Shown in pieces: positions 1 to 10,574 of a stretch of 64,000 nt of DNA; position 1 is the first letter of the stretch; each line of letters opens with the position of its first letter. The stretch is taken from NCBI RefSeq assembly GCF_006345805.1, contig NC_043021.1:22444001-22508000 (forward strand), given 5' to 3'. The DNA is from Octopus sinensis. Lineage: Eukaryota. The notes under the pieces were generated by a model, which saw only the letters and a program-made list of their open reading frames with translations, did not search any database and was not told where the DNA came from. Both the position numbers and the translations under genes were made by a program.

Positions 1-170
1 AGAAGTCGGTGAAGTGTCCAATTCTTCGAGTTTTCAAACCTCGTCGCCTTCGCAGAATGTCCTGCTTCAAGAGCTTGAAAATGTCGCAATAGTAATTTTG
101 TTTGACGGCCCGTATTTGGAGGGGAAAAAACTCCCGAAACACAATATGGTGAAAAAAAAAACCGATGTTT
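1..170 (-). mobile_element. Degenerate mariner transposase fragment, running off the window edge
   Basis: Minus strand translates as FFHHIVFREFFPLQIRAVKQNYYCDIFKLLKQDILRRRR, then after a frameshift FENSKNWTLHR. This matches the mariner segment G-I-V-H-x-E-F-x-P-x-G-Q-T-V-N-x-x-Y-Y...L-R-x-x-I-R-R-K-R-P...W-x-L-H-H-D-N, recalled from the family. Confidence 0.6.
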
Positions 171-1261
171 CAGGCCGGACGAGAACAAACCATCTTTCTT
201 GAGATTAACTATCACATTATAACATTACAGCAAAACAACTGAGATATTGCGATATGATGAATGGAAGATTTCGCTCTATTCTTCATAGCAGTCTGATTTC
301 TTCCTTCTTATTTCTTTATTGTGTAACCAGATTTTAAAGCATAAAGCTGACACCACCAATTTAACCTGTTTCAAGTGTATTATTCGTATACATTTGGAAT
401 AAATTTATGCAGAAAAAAAATCGTCCATTTGTTCAAGTGACTACATTTTAACATAATCCATGGCAATCTGTTGAAATTTATCAGCGAGTGTTTGGAGATA
501 TAGAAATTTGTGCCATAGATTTCACTAGCTGAAGATAAGACAGTATTTGTAAAAAAACAATATAACTAACTCTTCTCTTTGTCGTTTCAGACTTAAGACT
601 TACTCTACCAAAAGATATATTACCCAAAGTATTATACCAAATTTTAGTAATAGGTATTATTTGACTGTTATATGGAACAGTCTCAACCACCACCCATAAT
701 CCTCTTGATTTTTCGCTTTTTTGAACAGTGAGCATGTATGTAGTTTCCATTAGTAATGATGTTATTGTGGCATTATTGATTCTGATGTTATTCAGGCTAG
801 AAACCTTTTGGAAAAGTGAGAGGAAAATTCTTTCATTTATCGATCAGGTATACTGAATGCATTTCCTGTTGAATGTGATTGCTGTGAGCCCAATACAGTT
901 AATCTAATTATGATTTACGGTTGCTATATTGACTCGATGGTTAAGTGCCTTTTATAGGCACTTAACTACCGAACGAAGAGGATAGAATATTGTTTGTTGG
1001 ACTTATATTCAAGTGGTGGATTGTACGTTATTTCATAGTATGTGGTTCCGCCTCCTGCTTTGAGTTTTCTGGACGGTGAGGTTAACGGTTAAAACTTGGC
1101 TTTTATTTGATTTCGTCTAATCATTTGTGCTATTTGACTTTTGGTGCGATAAACCTTTTTGTATAGGTACCACGCAAAAACAGGTATACGCGCGCGCGCG
1201 TGTGTGTGTGTGTAAGTGTGTGTCAATGTATTCACGTACACTTGTGTGTGTGTGTGCAACT

Positions 1262-1421
1262 GCACTTTTATCTTTTATTCTATTACTAGTTTCAATTTCT
1301 TGACTGCGGTCATGCTTCGGCACCTCCCTGAAGGTATTTAATCAACCTAATCGATATATAGTCTTATTTTTTGTTACTTAGCACTTATTCTATCGCTCTC
1401 TTTTTTTTCAAAACCGCTAAG
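1262..1421 (-). mobile_element. tRNA-derived SINE family B, tail portion (split from its head at 2345-2500)
   Basis: Matches the reverse complement of the tail of the full copies at 10807-11210 and 49986-50392 (gactgcggtcatgc...cttattctatcgctctctttt...aaccgctaagt). Confidence 0.75.
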
Positions 1422-1766
1422 TCCAAAGAAGTTTGTAGATTTAGCCCACAAACAAACTGTAAAGCCAGAAATGTAGTCTATAGTATAAGATGTATAGAGG
1501 GACGATGCAGTAACAAGACAACGGCATACGTAGGGGAAACGGCAAGAAGCATAGGAGAGCGAGTAAATGGGCATTGGAGACAACTCAAGGAAGGGAAAAG
1601 CTCATCGATTCTGTACCAACATGCCGAACAGGAACACGGGGGATCAATCAACAACATAGAAATTAAAATATTGTCCTCACATAGAACAGATGCAACAATC
1701 AGACAAATTACAGAAGCTACACACATAATAGAAAATAAACCTAGCCTAAATAGAAAACTAAAATAG
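1422..1766 (+). mobile_element. Penelope-like retroelement GIY-YIG endonuclease domain, 5'-truncated
   Basis: The ORF contains NCKARNVVYSIRC...TAYVGETARSIGERVNGH...SILYQHAEQEH...RQITEATHIIENKPSLN, i.e. the VVY-x-C / YVGET-x-R-x-x-x-R-x-x-H / E...LN motifs of PLE GIY-YIG domains. No stop over about 114 codons. The ORF-track N-terminus (1371-1421) is SINE sequence. Confidence 0.9.
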
Positions 1767-2311
1767 AACACTAGCACACACCACAATATATGACGGTAGA
1801 GGATCCCGAAAACATAATAAATATACAGATAAATAAACAAATAGAAATAAATAAATATATTATTATTATTATTATTACTAGTATTGTTGTTATACATAAA
1901 TACATGCATACAAGCATATGTAATGATAATAACAAGTGGATGTAAACACATGAACACAATAAGAATAAAAAACCAACAACAATAAAAACAAATTACATGA
2001 ACGTATATAAACAGAAGATACAAATATTACAGGCATCCCCCCATACACACTAAATAAACATAGACGCACATGCGCAAATGAAGACATACAATAGAAATAC
2101 AAAATAGCTGACGGTTAGTAAGGAGAGACACAAATAAGAAAGAGAAAACAAAGGACCACTGATGCGGTCACAGGAGTGTGACGAAAGAACTCTGGCCGAA
2201 ATAAGATTAAGATTAATGTAAAAAATAAATAACACTGAAGCAAAGTAACACCAAATATATAGTGCGTGTGTTTTTATTGTCTAAACTGGCAAAATGACCA
2301 CTCCGAAATAT

Positions 2312-2316
<5 letters not shown>
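1767..2316 (+). mobile_element. Penelope-like 3' region / pseudo-LTR
   Basis: A-rich non-coding stretch directly after the GIY-YIG stop. It contains the hammerhead-like fold at 2153-2197 and ends at a (TA)n tract. Confidence 0.6.
2153..2197 (+). ncRNA. Minimal type I hammerhead ribozyme-like motif (PLE-associated, core variant)
   Basis: GGACCA-CTGATGCG-GTCACA-GGAG-TGTGAC-GAAA-GAACTC-TGGCC. Stem II is 6 perfect bp closed by GAAA. Short stem III AG/CT with NUH triplet CUC. Stem I is CCA/TGG plus GG/CC. The core reads CUGAUGC instead of CUGAUGA. Confidence 0.65.
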
Positions 2317-2344
<28 letters not shown>

Positions 2345-2350
<6 letters not shown>

Positions 2351-2500
2351 CGGCGAGTTTCTTTTAGTTTCCATCTACCAAATCTATTCGCAAGGTAGTT
2401 GTCGGTGTGAGGCTACAGTAGAAGACGCATACACAAGGCATCGGGTAGTAGGACTGAACCCGGAATCATGTGGTTGGGATGCAAGTTTCTTACTACAAAA
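2345..2500 (-). mobile_element. tRNA-derived SINE family B, head portion
   Basis: Reverse complement of the family B head (...ggactgaacccggaatcatgtggttg...caagtttcttactac). Confidence 0.75.
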
Positions 2501-2550
2501 GTGGAATACAAAGTACAAAAGCAGAAAACGACTTTGACATGTTTATATTA

Positions 2551-2965
2551 ATTCTTTATTACTCACAGGAGGCTAAACATAGAGGGGACAAACAAGGACG
2601 GATAAACGGGTTAAGTCGATTACAACGACCCCAGTGCGTAACTGGTACTTATTCAATCGAACCCGAATGGATGAAAGACAAAGTCGACCTCGGTGGAATT
2701 TGAACCCAGAACGTAACCGCGGACGAAGTACCTATTTCTTTACTACCCACAAGTGGGCTAAACACACAGAAGACAAACAAGGACAGACAAATGCATTAAG
2801 TCGATTATATCGACCCCAGTGCGTAACTGGTACACATTTAAGTGACCCCGAAAGAATGAAAGGCAAAGTCGACCTCGGCGGAATTTGAACTCAGAACGTA
2901 TCGGTAGACGAAATACCTCTCAGCATTTCGCTCGGCGTGATAACGGTTCTGGTAGCTCGTCGCCT
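2551..2965 (-). mobile_element. tRNA-derived SINE family A with tandem body (2 units)
   Basis: Two consecutive copies of cacaag...gacaaacaaggac...taagtcgat...gaccccagtgcgtaactggtac...gaaaggcaaagtcgacctcggcggaatttgaac. Head at the right end. Confidence 0.85.
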
Positions 2966-3450
2966 TTTTGCTGTGTTTATATTGTTAGATATGTACTTGA
3001 TGTTCGCAAAGACCACCGCTATATATATTTGCAAATGCGGGGAAGGCGATAAATCTAATCCTTCATAAATGTATTCTTCCTCTCAAATTAAATATCCTAC
3101 AAACGAAGTACCTTATTGGTCAGTAGAATGTTTAGACTTACGTAGCTTTTGCTTTCGCACAGAAGGCAAATGCTAGAGACTTCAGTACAAAATTTGTAAT
3201 ATTACTGTTAGGTTACGAAGGGCAATTATCATGCATAGTGAAGGAATTTGAACAACTGTAAAATACGATGGCCACGGTGTTAACGCACTTATCTCCTATT
3301 AATCTTTGACTCTCTTGACAGGAATTGACATAAAAAAACAGCTCCTTTGTGACAGGAGTTACTTGACATTTTGTATTCCCTGTTTTGTGATGTCGAGGTT
3401 TGCTTTAGTTGTTCGTTCCGTGTATTTGGGAGCTGATAAATAATGCGTAC

Positions 3451-3548
3451 CTCCAGAACACTGGATTATTGGAATTGCTCGAGCACGGAACAGGAAGCCT
3501 TTGCACATCGTATAACACGCACTGAATTCGGAGGTTGGATGCCGCACT
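3451..3548 (-). other. Exon-like segment of unknown gene (98 nt)
   Basis: Acceptor tccttcctttatgctgacAG, donor GAG|GTACGC, higher GC than flanks. Open in two frames (SAASNLRIQCVLYDVQRLPVPCSSNSNNPVFW or VRHPTSEFSACYTMCKGFLFRARAIPIIQCSG). No recognised homology. Confidence 0.3.
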
Positions 3549-5094
3549 CTGTCAGCATAAAGGAAGGATAATAATATTTATATTACTATAAACACTTACG
3601 AACCACCTATAGTAGGAGCAACGAAACAAAATTACGAAATTAATGGAAACGTACCGTCTTTGGTTCGAACATAATTTTCGCTGCGATTGTTAAATCACTT
3701 GTTTATAGAGCTATAGTTGCTTTTATTAGAATAGTTTTTTGTTTGAAGTATTAAATATTTAAAGCGATAGGGCTCAGGACATGTTCATTCTCTGCAACAA
3801 GTAGACATATTCTAGATTTTATTATTGAACATTAAGAACTTGTTATGAAGGTTTCTGCATAGATCTTCCTGGTGATAAAACGCATACGCTTGACTAAATC
3901 TTCTGCTCGTATGTCCAACCAATCCGCTGGTTTATGTTACTATTTCGTCATATTTCAATATGCCTGGGGATGTGCATATTTCACTATGTTTGTTATATGA
4001 TTGGACATCAGTTTCGTGCGCGCACATTATTCTGTTTTCTACAGTTTTATAGTTTTCAACAGAAATATTGACGTGGAAGGAGTCCCCAACGGGTTTTCAT
4101 ATCAGCGTTTATTCTGTTTCATATACGTTCATAGATTTCTCAGCGAATAAATAGATGTTGGAAAAATCTCTAATGGATTTCGTATATGCATTGAACAGGT
4201 TTTAGAATTTGAATATATATTTTGTAAATCCAGCAAGTTTAGCTTCTTATTTAGCTTTCGATATTTATGAATACTCTAACCAAAATGTATTTTTTCTTCC
4301 AATAGCTTCGTTTATGATGTTGTTACATTTTAAAGGTAGAAATAGTTTCTCTTCCATATGATGTATATGATGCGTTTATTCTCTTCACATGATATACAAA
4401 GATACACATTTTATGTATACATACATGTACAGACACATATGTGTGTGTGTGGACAAGTGTGTGTACGATTGAAATGGTATGTGGGTGTCTATGCATGCAT
4501 CCGTATGTATGTTTATATAATAAGTGGTAGGTGTCAGTATGGATTTTGTTGAATTCTTTACTGATTATTCTTCCAAAACCAAAATAATTATTATTCCCTG
4601 TTCGCCAATACTGCTTGAGTACTTTCAAACGGAATATACGAGGCTGGATGTAAAAATGAGATTGGAAAAACGCTGCGAACATTTATTACAATTTATTCAT
4701 TCGTTCGAAACTATGGCTTTATAACTTTTACTGCACTATCTCTACGGGTTATATCATAACGTTCAATGGAAAGTGACAGGTAAAAATCTCTGTTATCGTC
4801 GAAAAATATTTCGTGTTCTCACTCGTTATAATTTTATTGGCATGTGGTTCTTGTCATTTTTAAAGAGCTGATTCTGAGGACTTAGGGGAGAACGCGCTCC
4901 AACCGTGAAGAACACATTCTTATTTGTATCTCTTAGGATATCTCTGATATTTTCAAATGTAAGTGAACAACTTACAAACATATGTAGTTATTTTAATATC
5001 TAAAGTAAAATTTCAATTACGTCTCATCTAATAACTCCAATTCGATCTAAACACCGGTAAATTTACCGACATGATTTGAACAGCTAGAATCACA

Positions 5095-5460
5095 TGTTAG
5101 TTTGTTAGTTAATTTTTTGGCTCAAAAGCAAAAAGCAAGGCCATGTAGGGGGACATGGAGTTATGTACAGGGTGGTGTTCATGTAAAGAGTTTAGGCCAC
5201 TTGAGGTCAAGGGAGACTTTGAACGAAGCGGTCGTCGGCATCTTCACCATCTCGTCTGCCAGCTTGTACCACGGATCCGCAATCCGGACGGAGAAAGCTC
5301 CTCTCCTCCGGTTGAGATGAAATCGTCGCAGGTAGAGCTTTTCGGAATGACCCCACAGCCGACGCTCTGGAGCAGGAGTGAAGAACAGCTCTTTCGAGAG
5401 GTTACACTTTCCGCTTATGATGTTGTGAGCGAGAATGAGATCACCACGGTGGCGGCGTGA
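5095..5460 (-). mobile_element. CR1/L2-group LINE 3' end (RT C-terminus plus 3' UTR), 5'-truncated
   Basis: RRHRGDLILAHNIISG...FF...RRLWGHSEKL...RRGAFSVRIADPWYKLADEMV...SFKVSLD matches the CR1-type RGDLI / RGH-x-x-KL / FFS-x-R-V-x-x-W-N-x-LP / FK-x-x-LD C-terminus. 3' stem-loop CCATGT-CCCCCT-ACATGG at 5141-5158 and a short (AACT)-like tail. Confidence 0.85.
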
Positions 5461-6326
5461 CATTTCTTAATTATTTAATTAATTATTCTCATGATATTAT
5501 ATTGCCATATTATCAAACTTGTCATTTTTGCGCCTAATTCGTCATTAATAAATTAATTGATTGCTTTTTTGTAAATTTGAATATTTAATGAATTAACATA
5601 ATTTGGCTGTAACTGAAATTATGTCAACAGTCACTACATTGTCTAACATGACGAATCTTTACGACAATCTCGAACAGGATTTAAGCAAAATACTATTTGT
5701 GGCATGGCGCTTTTAATATAGCATCACTATCAACCAGTCGAAAGTGATTGAAATATAAAAACATTTACCTTTAGTTTTTCGATAAATATTCTTGATACCC
5801 TAAGATTTTAATTAATGATAAAATGTTTTTTGGCTAATTTTTGAAGAAAATCGACAATTTATTTATTTAGTGACGGTTGAGTTCGCATCTGCGCGGTGGA
5901 TTCGAAAAATTAGAACCTATAGACACGTGACTGATTACTTATAGCTCCGCGTCTATGTGTTCAGTCTTGGCAACCTACTGAAGACGCAGCGCCAGATATA
6001 GACTGAAATTATTTTATTTCAATCTGTATTTAAGTCTGCAGAAACCTTGCAGAGTCTAGGATTAAGGTAAAAGATTTTATGTTTCAATCACTTTCGGAAT
6101 TACAACAATTAGTGGCTTGGAGTTTAAATGCTCTGCCTAGTGAGTCAGATATCCTATTCTTCGGGTATCTCTTTTGTGTTTGAACGTACACTGTATTCTT
6201 CTCTGAATAATATATAGTCTATTGACTAATTTTTTTTCTTTTCGCTAGACCACTGGTAATTAAGAATATGTTTCGATAAATATTCTGGTAACCTAAGATA
6301 TTAATGATATAATATGTATATATATA

Positions 6327-6372
<46 letters not shown>

Positions 6373-6380
6373 TATATATA

Positions 6381-6585
6381 TGACCGCGTGTGTACTGTTG
6401 GCGATTCTTTCCCCTGTCTTCCCTTGTCTGGATCTTTCCTTCTCCTATGTTTCCGACGAAGAGCTCCGCTCGAAACGTTAACCCCATCCTTCTTTCCTTC
6501 CTTCCTGAGCGTCCAATAATACTATATTTGTTTCACGTCCTCGCGTTGTTGTGCTTTTTGTGCTTTGTTGTTTGGATTGACCTAT
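6381..6585 (+). mobile_element. Short TA-flanked element with hammerhead-like motif (putative PLE pseudo-LTR derivative)
   Basis: (TA)n on both sides. Internal GTTT-CCGACGA-A-GAGC-TCC-GCTC-GAAAC-GTT-AAC at 6449-6482. Same layout as 27128-27325. Confidence 0.45.
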
Positions 6586-7391
6586 ATATATATATATATT
6601 ATATATATATATACATACACATTATTTTTTCGAACCTAGAATGTCTGTAGTAAAGTGATGAATCTATAGAGGCCGCTACTTAATTTTACTTGATAATTTC
6701 CGACTGGTATAGGCATCACTGTTTTATTATTTTTATAGGTTTGTCTCTGATATGTTCATTACTTTTCTTTCTACATGTTAATATGTATTGGCTTTACTGT
6801 ATTAGAAAGCGTTTGTTATCTGATTTCACATCGGATTCATCCATGCACACTCATCTATTTGTTGTAGATTTATAGTTTATCAGAGTGTATGTAGATTCAA
6901 CAAATATCTCCAATGGATTTGAAATCTGCATAAAAGAGGCCTGGGAATTTGTATCCTTCCAATTCCTACCAATTCACTTTTACATTTTGTGGCATACATT
7001 TACGAGTTCCAGTGCCAAATATTTCTCCTTTCAGATAAGTTGTTTTCTGTTTGTTTTGAAAAATAGAAATAAGCTTTCTGACATCTAATGTTTATGATGC
7101 TTTCGTTCTCTTAAAAAATAGATGTTTTATACATATCACTGTTGGTCTAGCTACGATTTTAGAGGAATTCTTGAGTGAGAATTGTTCCAAATGTTGTTTA
7201 TTATTCCCTGTTTGGGAATACATTTTGAGTACATTGAAATATATAAACGAGATTGAATATAAAATCTAGTGCAACAGATACACAATGCATGAATTTCAAA
7301 TAAATCATTTATTTGAATCTAAGGCATCAACTCTGAACCACTCTAAGTATACAATCAACAGAATAGAATATAAAAACAATCCATCCATCCA

Positions 7392-7437
<46 letters not shown>

Positions 7438-7458
7438 GTATGTGTATATATATTTATG

Positions 7459-7513
<55 letters not shown>

Positions 7514-7539
7514 CATACATATGCATCATATATGTATAA

Positions 7540-7596
<57 letters not shown>

Positions 7597-7989
7597 CATA
7601 TATACAAATATATATATATGGAAAATACTTTTTGAGAGAGATAATATTTGTATCATGGTGAATGGAATTCTGACATACAGCAATATTGTGCAAAGGTTAA
7701 AAAAAAGTTTGAGAACTACTTGCATAATGCTTGTTCTTCGAACGAAGTGAATGGAAAAATTATTGGTTGCCACCAGACTAAATTATTTTCGTTCTTCCCT
7801 ATCATCTCGCCTTTAGCTAAGCAGGCAATGATTTGTGAATTTTCCACAAAGTCAGTGTGAAGTAGAATATTCTACGACGGCCCTTATTATAATCACATTT
7901 TTGTTTAAAATCTACAACCGTGATCATACTGTTATTTTATGAATCTTTAAGAATTGATTTCAAATTTAGGCACGGGAGCAGCAATATCA

Positions 7990-8165
7990 GAGTTTGAGTA
8001 AATCGATTACATCGACTCCAGTATTCAACTGGAACTTATACTATCGAGCTCGGAACTCTGAACGCCAATATCGATCTTGGCGGAAATTGAACTCAAAAAT
8101 TGAAAAGGGACGAAATGCTGGTAAGCATTTTACATGGCGTGCTAAGAATTCTGAAAGCTCGACAC
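7990..8165 (-). mobile_element. Degenerate SINE family A
   Basis: atcgattacatcgactccagt...cttggcggaaattgaactca...gacgaaatgc...cgtgctaag aligns by eye to family A. Confidence 0.65.
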
Positions 8166-9311
8166 TTTTAGACATCTATAAACATTGCCGAATATGTTGT
8201 ATTTTGAAATAGACCAGTGTGTAATTATAGGTAGTATTTCGGTGCTATATCTAACATGTCGAGAAAAATATGAAGGTGCTGCGTCGTTGGTCTTTCATCG
8301 GATGTAGTTGTCTCATCGGCTGTGGATGTCCCATCAGCTGTAGATCTCTATCGGAGATGGGTGTATGGTCTTATAAGATTATGAACATCATCGGCAATAA
8401 ATGTGCCGAGAAATCATTTTGTATAGTAGGAAACCAAGCAACATTGCCAGACTAAAAATAAATCAAACTGATTAGGAAGGAATTCCAGCATTTGTCAATC
8501 TATAGAAAATGTTGCTTTGGAACATTTACAGCTCTATAAACAACACATCCATGTTAGATTGGGTGAGTTTAAATAATATTCTTTACAAAACTGCTTTTAT
8601 CGATAATAGCTAACGTGTGTGCGTTCGTATGTATGTATCTTGTATGTATCTGTGAAAATACATGCATACGCACAGGCAGAAGTAGCATGATATAAAACGA
8701 GACAAAATCTAAATATGCCGATGTTGGCCGACGTTCAAATTCGTATCTACAGCGGAAAACGAAGAAAAAACTTCGCCAAGTCGACATTGCTTACGCAAGA
8801 TGCGATATATTAAATTTAAACGGAGGAATATAAAAAATATTGAATTTATGGCATTTTAAATACTAATGGCAGACCAACGTGGGTGCTTATCTGACATTAG
8901 CCACATAAGCAATAATGTTACATATTCATTTTTTTTTAGATCAATTGATTCGAATTAGAGAGACGCATGCAAGATAAATGATAAGTAGATTTATCTATGT
9001 TTGTGAAACTGCTGTATTTTATCAATCTTTGTATCTATTTATGTTGCGAGCATGAAATTGACTAATGATATAGTCTGACGCTTATCGAAATTTTTAATGA
9101 AAATTTCTTGCAATACAAACTTTCAAAATTGAACACGTGATTAAGTAAATTAATTTTAACTTAAAGAAATGTGTTAATTAATTAGTAAGTCAAGTGTGAC
9201 ATATTTGGTAAAAAGCAAATGAAATCCACGAGGAACAAGCACGAAAATTAATATTCGTCGTAGAGAGCGACCGGATCCCATTCATATACTTCACACACAA
9301 ATACATGAACG

Positions 9312-9377
9312 TATTCCTACACACTAAGTGTAAATGTATGCACACACACACACACACCACACACACACATATATATA

Positions 9378-9438
<61 letters not shown>

Positions 9439-9462
9439 CATACATTTACACTTAGTGTGTAG

Positions 9463-9467
<5 letters not shown>
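9312..9467. repeat. Inverted repeat: 29-bp unique arms extended by (CA)n/(TG)n around a (TA)n centre
   Basis: tattcctacacactaagtgtaaatgtatg (9312-9340) is the exact reverse complement of catacatttacacttagtgtgtaggaata (9439-9467). Confidence 0.9.
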
Positions 9468-9501
<34 letters not shown>

Positions 9502-9537
9502 TATACATACACACACACACACACAAACACACACATA

Positions 9538-9574
<37 letters not shown>

Positions 9575-9576
9575 GA

Positions 9577-9991
9577 GTAAAATATGAAAAATCAACGAAA
9601 ATGCACATTGCAAATAAAAAAAGGCTATTTATGACAGGTAACGACAAATATATACATTTAGAATGACTGAGGTAGTAATTCGAGTCATAAAGGTCATTAC
9701 TATGAGATGATTATAAGATGATACTAAAGTAAGAGATCAAAACGGACCATGATTTACGCAAAACTATTCATCGTTTAAAAAACACCGGTTAATACGATGA
9801 ATAGCTTTGCGTAAACCATGGTCCGTTTTGTTCTCTTACTTTATTATCATCTTATAATCATCTCATGATAATGACTTTTATGACTTGTATTACTACGTCA
9901 GTCAATCTAAATGTATATATTTGTCTTTACCTGTCATAAATAGCCTTTTTTTATTTGCAATGTGCATTTTCGTTGATTCTTCATATTTTAC
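9577..9991. repeat. Long palindrome / fold-back: about 198-bp arms, 19-bp spacer
   Basis: 9577-9774 and 9794-9991 are reverse complements, with about 13 mismatches counted by eye and no obvious indels. Spacer ttaaaaaacaccggttaat. Confidence 0.92.
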
Positions 9992-10039
9992 CCTTACATT
10001 TCCACGTGTATTTTATATATTCTTTTCGTAACATATTTC

Positions 10040-10093
<54 letters not shown>

Positions 10094-10111
10094 TATATAC
10101 ATATATATACA

Positions 10112-10212
<101 letters not shown>

Positions 10213-10574
10213 TGTTATGTCGTAATACTAGGCTGTGGCTGTGTGAGCTACGAAATCTTCGTCGACGCGGTATGCCACACATTCGGATATCCTCTCCTCA
10301 ACTCCGCGCAACTCTCGACGTCTAGACTTCTCCCTATATATATACGTATTGTGCTAGCCTACTTGGGTATGAGACACATGTGTTTGGCAAGTATGTGCAA
10401 GCAATTCGTCTCAGCTGACCAAAAAGACATGCGTTTTTAAGCCTAGTATATTTATCTCTCTGTCTCGTATGCTAAGTAAATACACGAACACCACGTGTGA
10501 AGCCGTGAGGAGTGTGCATGCACACAAGCACGCAGACATACACACATAAATATTCACAGATACACACATATATG

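Noticed and set aside
481-750. 89-aa minus-strand ORF; plus-strand HNPLDF motif resembling Tc1/mariner; plus-strand acceptor at about 589
   Set aside because: No further transposase motifs around the short match, no recognisable protein, and the three readings conflict.
2551-2965. Direct repeats that might suggest a CRISPR array (also 34163-34750)
   Set aside because: Units are about 185-bp SINE bodies without unique spacers, in a eukaryotic context with no cas genes.
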